DNA from: Antedon mediterranea
Lineage: Eukaryota > Animalia > Echinodermata
Length of the DNA stretch: 64,000 nt
Assembly: GCF_964355755.1 (NCBI RefSeq)
Contig: NC_092676.1
Coordinates: 6,425,888-6,489,887 of the forward strand
Direction: 5' to 3'
The notes beneath the pieces were generated by a model that saw only the letters and a program-made list of their open reading frames with translations, was not told the origin of the DNA and made no database searches. Position 1 is the stretch's first letter; each line of letters opens with the position of its first letter. This document shows, one piece after another, positions 14,021 to 27,903 of the stretch. The position numbers were made by a program, and so were the translations under genes.

Positions 14021-15556
14021 ACTAGAATTTAATTCGTCACTTTGACGAATTATAGGTGATCATTGTTATCATTTTAATGAAATTAACATTTTTTAAACAT
14101 GCATGTACGTTAACATACGATCGTAAAAAGTTGATGTACGCCATCCTATGACATGATGCATACGCTTATATCGCTGAGTTGTGCCTATTATATGCCATAT
14201 ACAATATGTACAGTATATACTGTATATCTATATACAGTGTAGCATAGGTGAAATTACGGGACACACATCATGTTCTAATTTTTTGGTATAATGGAATTAT
14301 CAAAATAAACTCAAAGACGACAATTTCGAAAGATAATGAATTGAGCAAATAAATATAAGAATTGGAAGAGAATCTGGCACGTAGAAGTGCCATGCGCGCT
14401 CTTTGAAATTTGTATAACTTTGACGAAAAAGATGAAAAAACTACTTTTTAACTTCATCTGGCCATATGTTAACGTCACAACATCCGATAGGCTTGGTTTT
14501 TATATGAATTCATATCTACATTTCATCAGCTTCCATAATAAATTATAATCATCAAAGTAACCTTCAATTCTGAAGAGCTGTAAGATATTCAAATTTACGG
14601 CGAAGGTGAAATTACACGACCTACGTTATTCAAGTTTTTACGTGTGATGACATCATCAAAATGAAAATGTTGACAACTCATGAGAAAGATAAGTAACTGA
14701 GCAAGCATATGCTAAAATTTGTGCGAAAATCGGGCTCAAATAGCGGAGATGCGCTCTATTGAATGTGATAAACTACACAAAACGGAAAAAAATCCTAATT
14801 TTTAAATTGAAGTGGCCATTTGATGACGTAATACCATTTTGTACGTATAATGTGTATATACATTTGTATCTACTACTTATTGGCTTCCAAACTAAGTTAA
14901 AAAAATTGGGGGTCACCTGCCATTCTGAAGAGTTATATTCATTTTAAAAAGGCCCTACTTTTTACCATTTTTAGCACTTTTGTACAATTAATGTGCGCAT
15001 TTTGTCATTTTAAACGTGCTCGTATAGCGTTATTTTAAGTCTGAATGGACTCAAAGTCGGAGATTGTACTAAGGATTATGAGTAGAATGTGATGTACACA
15101 TCAAATTTTATTTTTTACGCTTTTTAAAAATTCCGTGCGCAAAAATATATTTTTGCGCAGTAATTTTTTAAAACACGCAAATGGCCTATTTTATGCTCTA
15201 AATTGATCAAAACTTAATTTTGAGCTTTTTAAAATTTTAACGCGCGATTTCACGTGCATGACCTTGAAAGACGTAAGTTTTTATTTGTTAATATTTTTAC
15301 CCTTCACCTGAAGTTTACCTATAGTGAATTTTATTGATATGTGATAAAGAGTTATGGAGATATGATTGATAGTGTGATTTCACAAAATCGCGTATACGTG
15401 ACGTCACGGTTGAGTGATCACGCTGAAAAGCTTATTATGGCTAAGTTAAAGTATTTGAAAGACACTGTGAATTTTTTGTGATCATTGCCATTCAACTTTT
15501 TGAGATAATTGTTACACAAAAAGTGTACAGAAAGAATAAAAAAAATAAAAATAAAA
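14021..15556 (-). mobile_element. HINE subfamily A unit 7 (cap displaced to 20020-20077)
   Basis: Body interrupted in the A-tract by the next ACTAG. Confidence 0.88.
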
Positions 15557-17108
15557 ACTAGAATTTAATTCGTCACTTTGACGAATTATAGGTGATCATT
15601 TTTATCTTTTTATTGACATTAATATTTTTTAAACATGCACGTACGTTAACATACGATCGAAAAATGTTAATTTATGCCATCCTATTATACGTATATAGTG
15701 CTGATTTGTGCCTATTATATGCCATATACATTATGTACTTACAGTATATACTGTATATCTATATACAGTGTAGCATTGGTGAAATTACGGACACAAATCA
15801 TGATCTAACTTTTTGGTATTATGACATTATCAAAATAAACTTGTGGATAATAATATCGAAAGATAATGAATTGAGCAATAAAATATAACAATTGGAAGAA
15901 AATTTGGCACGAAGAAGCGCGGTGAGCGCTCTTTGAAATTTGTATAAATTTGACTAAAGAATTTTAAAAACTACTTTTTTGCTTCAACTGGCCATATGAT
16001 AACGTTACAACATCAGATGGGATTAATTTGTATATGAATTCATATTTACATTTCACCAACTTTTATAATAAATTATAAACATCAAGGTCAACTTTAATTC
16101 AGGAGAGCTGTAAGGTATTCAAATATACATTGTAGGTGAAATTACGTAACCACCGTTATTCAAATTTTAAGACGTGATGACGTCATCAAAATGAAAATAT
16201 TGGCAACTCATGAGTAACATACTTGGTTAAGGTAGAATATATTACAAATTAAAAGAAAATCAATCACAGATAAGCGAGTTGCGCTCTGTTGAATATGGTG
16301 GTCTATGACAAATGAGGAAAAAACCCTATTTTAAAAATGTATGTGGCCAAATGATGACGTCATACCATTTTGTACGTCTAATGTGTATATACAATTATTT
16401 CTACAACTCATTGGCTACCATAGTAAGTTTAAAGAAACGGGGGTCACCTTCTATTCTGAAGAGTTATATTCATTTTAAAAAGGCCTTATTTTTAACCATT
16501 TTTAACACTTTTGTACAATTAATGTGCGCATTTTGTCATTTTTAACGTGCTTGTATAGCACTATTTTAAGTCGAAATGGACTCAAATTTGGTGATTGAAC
16601 TATGAAAGATGAATAGAATGCAATTTGTACAAAAAATTGTTATTTTTTACGCTTTCTATGTACGCCCGCACAAAAACGTGTTTTTGCGCAGTAATTTTTT
16701 TGAACACGCAAATGGCCTAATTCATGCTCTAAATTGATCAAAACATTATTTTGAGCTTTTTAAATTTTTAACGCGCGATTTCTTGCGTATGACCCTACGT
16801 GCGCGTGCGTTTTTATTTGCTAATATTTTTACCCTTGACCTGAAGTTTACGTGTAGTGAATTTCATTAATATGAGATAATTAATTATGAAGATATGATCG
16901 ATAATGTTATTTCACAAAATGGCGTATAAATAACGTCACGGACGAGTGATCACGCTGAAAAGCTTATTAGGACTAAGTTAAAGTATTTGAAAGACATTCT
17001 GAAATTTTGGTAATCATTGACATTAAACTTTTTGAGATATTTGTTACACAAAATCTGTACAGAAAGAAATTGTGAAGAAACATTTTTTTTTTACAAAAAC
17101 AATTTCTC
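15557..17108 (-). mobile_element. HINE subfamily A unit 8 (no cap)
   Basis: A-type 3' terminus; ends CAATTTCTC|ACTAG. Confidence 0.88.
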
Positions 17109-18635
17109 ACTAGAATTTAATTCGTCACTTTGACGAATTATAGGTGATCATTTTTATCATTTTAATGAAATTAAATTTTTTTAAACATGCACGTACGTTA
17201 ACATACGATCGTAAAAAAGTTGATGTACGCCATCCTATGACATGATGCATACGCTTATAGTGCTGAGTTGTGCCTATTATATGCCATATACAATATGTAC
17301 AGTATTTACTGTATATCTATATACAGTGTAGCATAGGTGAAATTACGGGACCCACATCATGTTCTAATTTTTTGGTATGATGGAATTATCATAATAAACT
17401 CGAAGATGGCAATTTCGAAAGATAATGAATTGAGCAAATAAATATAAGGATTGGAAGAGAATTTGACACGTAGAAGCGCAATGCGCGCTCTTTGAAATTT
17501 GTATAAATTTGACGAAAGAGAGAAAAAAACTACCTTTTAACTTAAAGTGACCATTTCATAATGTCACAACATCCGATAGGCCTAATTTTTATATGAATTC
17601 ATATCTAAGTTTCATCAGCTTTTATAATAAATTATAATCTTCAAGGTCACCTTTAATTCTGAAGAGCTGTAAGATATTCAAATGTATGGTGTAGCTGAAA
17701 ATACACGACCTAGGTTATTCAAGTTTTTACGCATGATGCCGTCATCAAAACGAAAATGTTGACAACTCCTGAAAAAGATAATTAATTGAGCAAGCACATC
17801 CTAAAATTTGTGCGCAAATCGGGCTCAAATAACGGAGATGGGCTCTGTTGAATGTGATAACCCACACAAAAACATAAAAATTACTAATTTTTAAATTCAA
17901 GTGGCCATTTGATGACGTCATACCATTTTGTACGTCTAATATGTATATATATTTATATCTACAACTTATTGGCTTCCATAATAAGTTAAAAAAATTGGGG
18001 GTCACCTGCCATTCTGAAGAGTTATATTCTTTTTAAAAAGGCCTTAATTTTTACCATTTTTAGCACTTTTGTACAATTAATGTGCGCATTTTGTCATTTT
18101 TAACGTGCTCGTATAGCACTATTTTAAATCGAAATGGACTCACATTTGGTGAATCTACCAAGGAAGATGAGTAGAATGCAATTTGTACAAAAAAAATTGT
18201 ATTTTTTACGCTTTCTAAGTACGCACGTGCAAAAATGTGTTTTTGCGCAGTAATTTTTTAAAACACGCAAATGGCCTATTTTATGCTCTAAATTGATCAA
18301 AACTTAATTTTGAGCTTTTTAAAATTTTAACGCGCGATTTCACGTGCATGACCTTGAAACACGTAAGTTTTTATTTGTTAATATTTTTACCCTTCACCTG
18401 AAGTTTACGTATAGTGAATTTTATTGATATGTGATAAAGAGTTATGGAGATATGATTGATAGTGTGATTTCACAAAATCGCGTATACGTGACGTCACGGT
18501 TGAGTGATCACGCTGAAAAGCTTATTATGGCTAAGTTAAAGTATTTGAAAAACACTGTGAATTTTTTGTGATCATTGCCATTCAACTTTTTGAGATAATT
18601 GTTACACAAAAAGTGTACAGAAAGAATAAAAAAAA
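17109..18635 (-). mobile_element. HINE subfamily A unit 9 (cap displaced to 19951-20019)
   Basis: Body interrupted in the A-tract by unit 10. Confidence 0.88.
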
Positions 18636-19950
18636 ACTAGATCTTAAACTCGTCACTTGAGGACGAGTTTGGTTATCCGCCCGCAACAAAACTTATCTTG
18701 CGTATTAAAGTATTTCTCAGTTATGACTTTTCCAAAAAAAGTAGCCTATTCAAAAGTAAAACTGCCCTTTCAGTGTAATAACAATTTAAATCCTGTTTTT
18801 TAATTACTTTCCCGTGATGGGATTCGAACTCGGTACCTCTGATACCAAAGTCGGTGGCACTACACATCGAGCCATATGAGCACCTGCTGAAGAGAATCCG
18901 AAGAAAGTTAACTCGTCCATTCGGTATGTCGTGAACCACTCGATGCAAATAGATTATTACTTACCAAACTATATCATAATTTTCACTATGATGAAATCTT
19001 CACAAATTTTAACCAGTGACATATTATGAAAGTGCATACTTTTTAGTTTTATATATTAACATGTGAAGAAAAAAGATAAACGTTATGTTTATTGTTTTGC
19101 TCTTTGAAAAAGTTTTTGTTTGTTTGATGATAAAAATTTCAAAAATTATATTTAATATGCAAATAATGTAGCCATCAAACACGTTTTAACATTCAACACT
19201 ATAATAAATCAGACCTATGATTCATACACTGCAAGAAAATAAAATAAAAAATAGGGGTAACCTTGCATTCTGATGAACTGTATCATTTTTAAAAGTATAC
19301 ATATTTTGCAACATTTTCACAATGTTTTAACATTTCACGTGCGCAACCAGTCATGTTTAACGTGCTCGTAGAACGTCATTTCAAGTTGAATAGTGATTAA
19401 AATAACGTAAAATTGTTAACCGAAGATTGAAAAACACAACTCGTGCAAAAGAATTGCTCATACGTGTTCCCTGCGCCGTGCGCACGTAAAAATGTGCGCA
19501 CCTGGTGGCAATTTTTCAAACCCTTAAAATGACCTGAATCGTGCTCTAATTTAATCAGAAATTGATTTAGAGCATTTTAAAATTTCAAACGCCGTTTACT
19601 CGCGCACTTTCCAATGTTACACATTTCGGTAGCGATAAAAAAGTTAGCAATTGATGTGAAGCAAACATGGCTGAAAATTACGTTAAAAAATATTCATCTT
19701 TTTCGAAGTTATGATCAACTTAGGATTTTTTGAAAATCGCGCGTGACTTACGCTACGCGGTTCTGCCAGCGTCCAAAAGCTTGGCTGCACATCTTCAGCT
19801 AAATGTCTAAATGTTTACCAAGTTACAACATGTTATGTTAACAGGTTGCAGAGAAAAGCTGAACACAAAAATCGGCGGAAATAGAGAAGAATAATAAAAA
19901 AAAAGTAACACTACAATTCCAAGAGCTTATCCGCTTGAGGCGGATAACCA
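18636..19950 (-). mobile_element. HINE subfamily C unit 10 (complete; carries tRNA-like cassette)
   Basis: ACTAGATCTT-AAACTCGTCacttgagGACGAGTTT-GGTTATCCGCC at left; cap TTATCCGCttgagGCGGATAACCA at right; matching subTIR TGGTTATCCGCC. Confidence 0.88.
18811..18881 (-). ncRNA. tRNA-derived (pseudo-tRNA/SINE-head-like) Pol III cassette
   Basis: Minus strand reads GCTCATATGGCTCGATGTGTAGTGCCACCGACTTTGGTATCAGAGGTACCGAGTTCGAATCCCATCACGGG. A-box-like TGGCTCGATGTG and B box GAGTTCGAATCC lie at tRNA spacing; the acceptor stem does not pair. Confidence 0.65.
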
Positions 19951-20077
19951 AAAAAAAAATAATAATAAAGATTTCATACAATAACAATAGGTGATCATTT
20001 TATTCTAAATGATCACCTAATAATAAAGATTTCATACAATAACAATAGGTGATCATTTTATTCTAAATGATCACCTA
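19951..20077 (-). repeat. Stack 1: two orphan subfamily-A 5' caps
   Basis: Two tandem copies of AAAGATTTCATACAATAACAATAGGTGATCATTTTATTCTAAATGATCACCTA. Confidence 0.92.
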
Positions 20078-21660
20078 ACTAGAACTTAATTCGTCACTTT
20101 GACGAATTATAGGTGATCATTTTTATCATTTTAATAAAATTAACATTTTTTAAACATGCATGTACGTTAAAATACGATCGTAAAAAGTTGATGTACGCCA
20201 TCCTATGACATGATTGCATATACACTGTACTTATATCGCTGAGTTGTGCCTATTATGTGTCATACAATAAGTACAGTATATACTGTATATCTATATACAG
20301 TGTAGCATAGGTGAAATTACGGGACTCATATCGTGTTCTAATTTTTTGGTATGATGGAATTTTCAAAATAAACTCGAAGATGACAATTTCGAAAGATAAT
20401 GAATTGAGCAAATAAATATAAGGATTGGAAGAAAATTTGACACGTAAAAGCGCAATGCGCGGTCTTTGAAATTTGTATAACTTTGACTAAAGAAATTTAA
20501 AAACTACTTTTTAACTTCAACTGGCCATATGAAAACATCACAACATCCGATAGGCTTAATTTTACTATGAATTCATATCTAAATTTCATCAGCTTTCATA
20601 ATAAGTTATAATCTTCAAGGTCACCTTTAATTCAGAAGAGCTATAAGATATTCAAATGTATGGTGTAGCTGAAATTACACGACCTAGGTTATTCAAGTTT
20701 TTACGCGTGATGACGTCATCAAAATAAAAATGTTGACAACTCATTAGAAGAATAATTAATTGAGCAAGCACATACTAAAAGTTGTGCGAAAATCGGGCTC
20801 AAATAACGGAGATGCGCTCTATTGAATGTGATAACCCACACAAAAAGATAAAAATTCCTAATTTTTAAATTCAAGTGGCCATTTGATGACGTCATACCAT
20901 TTTGTACGTCTAATGTGTATATACATTTGTATCTACAACTTATTGGCTTCCATAATAAGTTAAAAAAATTGGGGGTCACCTGCCATTCTGAAGAGTTATA
21001 TTCATTTTAAAAAATCCTTATTTTTTACCATTTTTAGCACTTTTGTACAATTAAAGAGCGCATTTTGTCATGTTTAACGTGCTCGTACAGCGCTATTTTA
21101 AGTCGGATTGGACTCAAAATCGGAGAATGTACAAAGGATTGTGAGTAAAATGTGATGTATACATTAAATTTAATTTTTTACGCATTTTAAGAATCGCGTG
21201 CGCAAAAATGTGTTTTTGCGCAGTAATTTTTTGAAACACGCAAATGGCCTAATTCATGCTCTAAATTGATCAAAACGTAATTTTGACCTTTTTAAAATTT
21301 CAACGCGCGATTTCACGCGCATGAGCCTACGTGCGCGTGTGTTTTTATTTGCTAATATTTTTACCCTTGACCTGAAGTTTACGTGTAGTGAATTTCATAA
21401 ATATGTGATAATAAATTATGGATATATGATTGATAATGTGATTTCACAAAATGGCGTATACGTGACGTCACGGATGAGTGATCACGCTGAAAAGCTTATT
21501 ATGGCTAAGTTAAAGTATTTGAAAGACATTGTAAAATTTTTGTGAGCATTGCTATTCAACTTTTTGAGATATTTGACGAACAAAAAGTGTACAGAAAGAA
21601 GAATAATAAAGATTTTATACAATAACAATAGGTGATCATTTTATTCTAAATGATCACCTA
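20078..21660 (-). mobile_element. HINE subfamily A unit 11 (complete)
   Basis: Both termini present; near-identical to unit 5. Confidence 0.9.
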
Positions 21661-23194
21661 ACTAGACATGTAACTCGTCACTTTGACGAGTTAGTTATCC
21701 GCACGACAAACGCCACGTGCACGTCATACGTTAGAATATTGCACAGAGAAAAAATTATGGCATTATGACTTGATCTGAAGAATATGATATGTTGTTAGTG
21801 CTGAATTCTGTCAATTTTGTGTCATATAGTATATACATGCAAACAGTATAATCTGTATACATGTTACATACAGTGTAGAATAGGTGAAATCACGGGACCC
21901 GCCATTTATTCAAATTTGTAACATGGCGACGGTATCAAGATGAAACACTAAGATAGCAATTTCGGAAGCAAATTATCTCAGCAACAACATATTAACGTGT
22001 AGAAGAAATTTGAATACGTTTAATATTGATGCGCGCTCTTTTAAATATAATGAACTATGATGCAAAAGATGAAAATACGACTTTTTTTATTTAACTTGCA
22101 ATATGATGACGTCACAGCATCTGATTGGCAAAATGTTCACATGATTTCATATCTACAATCCAAGAGCTTCCAGAAAATGTTTTAATCGTGATTATCACAT
22201 TTTATTTTGACGGGCTATTACAGATTAAAATTTACTGTAAAGATGAAATTAATGACCCACGTAATTAAAATTTTTAGGCATGATGACGTCATAAAAATTA
22301 AAATATTTTTATCTCATGCGAAAGATAGTTGATTGACCTAGACAATATTAAAATCTCGGAGAAAAAGAAATACGTATAAGCGTGATGCGCTCCATTGAAT
22401 GTGATGAGCAATAACGAAAGACAAAAAAATTCTATATTTTACATTCGTGTGGCCATATGATGACGTCACAACATCCGTGAGGTAAAAATTCTGCATGAAT
22501 TCATATCTACAACATATCTGCTTACATATTAAGTTAAAAAAATTAGGGGTAATCGTTGATCCTGAGAAGCTATAAAACATTCAAAATAGGCATAATTTTG
22601 ACAACATTTTGTAACTTTTTCAACTAAAACGCGCGCAAATGGGCTAAATCAACGTGTTCGTATGACGTAATTTTAATTTGAAATGATGTCAATCTTTTTG
22701 AAAATGACTAGGAAAGGCTGGAAAATCACAATTCAAGAGAAAAAAACATGATTTTCATGCTCTATACGCACCGTGCGCGTAATATTTTTCGCGCGCGCGG
22801 TAATTTTGTACATGCTTAAAATGACATGAAACGCGTAGAAAGTTGATTAGAAATTATTTTTGCGCATTTTGAAATTTTAAATGCGCGTGCGCGCGTAACT
22901 TTGTGTAAAACACGCAATTTTTTTCAAACAGAAAGTTAGCGCATGATATAAATTAAACTTTCACAAAGTGTCAATTAAAAATCACTTTTAGTTTTTAATC
23001 TATGATCAATCATAAAAAATCATAAAATCGCGCGTAAGTCACGTTGCGCAACTCTGACGTAATTCAAAAATAGGAGGTGCACAACTTCACGTAAATGCCC
23101 ACATGTTGTCAAAGTTATAAAATGTTATGTTTACACATTTTAGAGAAACGCTCTACACAAAAATAGCGAGAAAGAAAGAAGAATAATACAGAAA
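21661..23194 (-). mobile_element. HINE subfamily B1 unit 12 (cap displaced to 57543-57596)
   Basis: ACTAGACATGT-AACTCGTCActtTGACGAGTT-AGTTATCCGCAC; broken at AATACAGAAA|ACTAG. Confidence 0.88.
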
Positions 23195-24782
23195 ACTAGA
23201 CATGTAACTCGTCACTTTGACGAGTTAGTTATCCGCACGACAAACGCCACGTGCACGTCATACGTTAGAATATTGCACAGAGAAAAAATTATGGCATTAT
23301 GACTTGATCTGAAGAATATGATATGTTGTTAGTGCTGAATTCTGTCAATTTTGTGTCATATAGTATATACATGCAAACAGTATAATCTGTATACATGTTA
23401 CATACAGTGTAGAATAGGTGAAATCACGGGACCCGCCATTTATTCAAATTTGTAACATGGCGACGGTATCAAGATGAAACACTAAGATAGCAATTTCGGA
23501 AGCAAATTATCTCAGCAACAACATATTAACGTGTAGAAGAAATTTGAATACGTTTAATATTGATGCGCGCTCTTTTAAATATAATGAACTATGATGCAAA
23601 AGATGAAAATACGACTTTTTTTATTTAACTTGCAATATGATGACGTCACAGCATCTGATTGGCAAAATGTTCACATGATTTCATATCTACAATCCAAGAG
23701 CTTCCAGAAAATGTTTTAATCGTGATTATCACATTTTATTTTGACGGGCTATTACAGATTAAAATTTACTGTAAAGATGAAATTAATGACCCACGTAATT
23801 AAAATTTTTAGGCATGATGACGTCATAAAAATTAAAATATTTTTATCTCATGCGAAAGATAGTTGATTGACCTAGACAATATTAAAATCTCGGAGAAAAA
23901 GAAATACGTATAAGCGTGATGCGCTCCATTGAATGTGATGAGCAATAACGAAAGACAAAAAAATTCTATATTTTACATTCGTGTGGCCATATGATGACGT
24001 CACAACATCCGTGAGGTAAAAATTCTGCATGAATTCATATCTACAACATATCTGCTTACATATTAAGTTAAAAAAATTAGGGGTAATCGTTGATCCTGAG
24101 AAGCTATAAAACATTCAAAATAGGCATAATTTTGACAACATTTTGTAACTTTTTCAACTAAAACGCGCGCAAATGGGCTAAATCAACGTGTTCGTATGAC
24201 GTAATTTTAATTTGAAATGATGTCAATCTTTTTGAAAATGACTAGGAAAGGCTGGAAAATCACAATTCAAGAGAAAAAAACATGATTTTCATGCTCTATA
24301 CGCACCGTGCGCGTAATATTTTTCGCGCGCGCGGTAATTTTGTACATGCTTAAAATGACATGAAACGCGTAGAAAGTTGATTAGAAATTATTTTTGCGCA
24401 TTTTGAAATTTTAAATGCGCGTGCGCGCGTAACTTTGTGTAAAACACGCAATTTTTTTCAAACAGAAAGTTAGCGCATGATATAAATTAAACTTTCACAA
24501 AGTGTCAATTAAAAATCACTTTTAGTTTTTAATCTATGATCAATCATAAAAAATCATAAAATCGCGCGTAAGTCACGTTGCGCAACTCTGACGTAATTCA
24601 AAAATAGGAGGTGCACAACTTCACGTAAATGCCCACATGTTGTCAAAGTTATAAAATGTTATGTTTACACATTTTAGAGAAACGCTCTACACAAAAATAG
24701 CGAGAAAGAAAGAAGAATAATACAGAAAAAAATATTGATCCCATACAATAACAAGGAGTTATCCGCCAAGTGCGGATAACTA
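23195..24782 (-). mobile_element. HINE subfamily B1 unit 13 (complete)
   Basis: Cap GAGTTATCCGCcaagtGCGGATAACTA; 13-bp subTIR TAGTTATCCGCAC; apparently identical to the unit 12 body. Confidence 0.9.
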
Positions 24783-26376
24783 ACTAGACATGTAACTCGT
24801 CACTTTGACGAGTTTGGTTATCCGCCGCGCAAGTGGTGCAACATTAACATTAAGGGGATAGGTTGAGGACAAAAGGAAGTGTTCACGTTGGCATTATGAC
24901 CTGAACTGAAGAATATGATGTGTTGTTATTGCTGAATTTTATTATTTAAATTCATATATAGTATACACAGTATAATCTGTATCCATATCACATACAGTGT
25001 AGAATAGGTGAAATTACGGGACCCGCTATTTATTGCAATTTTTAACATGTTGACGGTTTTAAAATGAAACGCGAAGGTAGCAATTCCGAAAGGAAATTAT
25101 CTCAGCAACAACGTATTAGCGTGTAGAAGAAATTTGAATACGTGAAATATTGATGCGCGCTCTTTTAAATGTAATGAATTATGACGCAAAAGATGAAAAT
25201 ACGACCTTTTTTATATAACTGGCCATATGATGACGTCACAACATCCGATTGGCAACATTTTTACATAATTTCGTATCTACAATCCAATAGCTTCCAGAAA
25301 AAGTTTTAATCGTGATTATCACATTTTATTCTTATGAGCTATAACAGATTAAAATTTACTGTAAAGATGAAATTAATGCCACACGTGATTTAAATTTTTA
25401 GGCATGATGACGTCAAAAAAATTAAAATATTTTTAACTCCTGCGAAAGATACTTGATTGACCTAGACAATATCAAAATCTGGGTGAAAATGGAAAACGGA
25501 TAAGTGGAGAAGCGCTCTATTCAATGTGATGAGCTATGACGAAAGGTACAAAAATCCTAAATTTTATATTCGCGTGGCCATACGATGACGTCACAATGTC
25601 CGGTTAGCCATATTAATACCTGATCCGATATCTATAACTCATCTACTTCCAGAATATGCCATCCACAAAAAGTTGACCGTCTAGTTTAGAAATTACGACT
25701 GTTTAAAAAAAGGCATATTTTAAACAAATTTTTTAACCTTTTCTTAAAAAACGCGCGCAAATTGTCCAATTCGACGTGCTCGTATGACGTATCTTTAAGT
25801 CGAAATTGTTTAAAATTTGGTAAAATTACTAGAAAAGGCTGGAAAAATATAAATCACGCGAAAAAAATACGTTTTCAATGCTACGTGCGCACCGCACACG
25901 TAAAAATGTGCGCACGCGTTGGAATTTTTGACATGCTTAAAACGACATGAATCGCGTAGAAAGTTGATTATAAATTAATTTTGCGCATTTTGAAATTTTA
26001 AATGCGCGTGCGCGCGTAACTTTGTGTAAAACACGCAATTTTTTTTCAACAGAAAGTTAGCGCATAATATAAATTAAACTTTTGCAAAGTTTCAAGTTGA
26101 AATGTTATTTGGTTGTCGAGCTATGTTAAATACGACAAAATCGTTAAATCGCGCGTAAGTCACGTTGCGCAATTGTAAACATCATGAAAAGCTTCGCTGC
26201 ACATCTTCATGTGCATGACGATATGTTGAGAAAGTTACAAAATGTTATGTTTGCAAGTTTTAGAGAAAAGCGATCCACAAAAATCATACAGAAAGAAAGA
26301 AGACAAATAAAAAGTTGATGTTGATGATTTCGTACAATCACAAGAGGTTATCCTGCAACTTCGTTGCGGATAACCA
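24783..26376 (-). mobile_element. HINE subfamily B2 unit 14 (complete)
   Basis: subTIR TGGTTATCCGC; cap GGTTATCCtGCAACttcGTTGCGGATAACCA. Confidence 0.9.
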
Positions 26377-27903
26377 ACTAGACATGTAACTCGTCACTTT
26401 GACGAGTTTGGTTATCCGCCGCGCAAGTGGTGCAACATTAACATTAAGGGGATAGGTTGAGGACAAAAGGAAGTGTTCACGTTGGCATTATGACCTGAAC
26501 TGAAGAATATGATATGTTGCTGAATTTTATTATTTAAATTCATATATAGTATACACAGTATAATCTGTATCCATATCACATACAGTGACATACATAGAAT
26601 AGGTGAAATTACGGGACCCGCTATTTATTGCAATTTTTAACGTGTTGACGGTTTTAAAATGAAACGCGAAGTTAGCAATTCCGAAAGAAAATTATCTCAG
26701 CAACAACGTATTAGCATGTAGAAGAAATTTGAATACGTGAAATATTGATGCGCGCTCGTTTAAATGTAATGAATTATGACGCAAAAGATGAAAATACGAC
26801 CTTTTTTATATAACTGGCCATATGATGACGTCACAACATCCGATTGGCAACATTTTTACATAATTTCGTATCTAAAATTCAATAGCTTCCAGAAAAAGTT
26901 TTAATCGTGATTATCACATTTTATTCTTACGAGCTATAACAGATTTAAATTTACTGTAAAGATGAAATTAATGCCACACGTGATTTAAATTTTTAGGCAT
27001 GATGACGTCAAAAAAATTAAAATATTTTTAACTCATGCGAAAGATAGTTGATTGACCTAGACAATATCAAAATCGGGGTGAAAATGGAAAACGAATAAGT
27101 GGAGAGGCGCTCTATTCAATGTGATGACCTATGACGAAAGATACAAAAATCCTAAATTTTATATTCGTGTGGCCATACGATGACGTCACAATGTCCGGTT
27201 AGCCATATTAATACCTGATCCGATATCTACAACTCATCAACTTCCAGAATATGTCATCCACAAAAAGTTGACCGTGTAGTTTAGAAATTACGACTGTTTA
27301 AAAAAAGGCATATTTTTAACGGAATTTTGAACTTTTTCATCAAAAACACGCGCAAATTGTCCAATTCGACGTGCTCGTATGACGTAACTTTAAGTCGAAA
27401 TTGTTTAAAATTTGATAAAATTACTAGAAAAGGCTGGAAAAACATAAATCACGCGAAAAAAATATGTTTTCAATGCTACGTGCGCACCGCACACGTAAAA
27501 ATTTGCGCACGCGTGGGAATTTTTTACATGCTTAAAACGACATGAAACGCGTAGAAAGTTGATTAGAAATTAATTTTGCGCATTTTGAAATTTTAAATGC
27601 GCGTGCGCGCGTAACTTTGTGTAAAACACGCAATTTTTTTTCAACATAAAGTTAGCGCATGATATAAATTAAACTTTTGGAAAGTTTCAATTTGAAATGT
27701 TATTTGGTTTTCGACCTATGTTAAATACGAGGAAATCGTTAAATCACGCGTAAGTCACGTTGCGCAATTGTAAACGTCATGAAAAGCTTCGCAGCACATC
27801 TTCATGTGCATGACGATATGTTGAGAAAGTTACAAAATGTTATGTTTACAAGTTTTAGAGAAAAGCGTTCCACAAAAATCATACAGAAAGAAAGAAGATC
27901 AAG
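26377..27903 (-). mobile_element. HINE subfamily B2 unit 15 (cap probably displaced to 57478-57542)
   Basis: B2 3' end and body; broken at GAAGATCAAG|ACTAG. Confidence 0.85.

Noticed and set aside
18811-18881. Functional tRNA gene (Pro/Gln-like loop CTTTGGTA)
   Set aside because: Acceptor and anticodon stems pair poorly; treated as tRNA-derived only.
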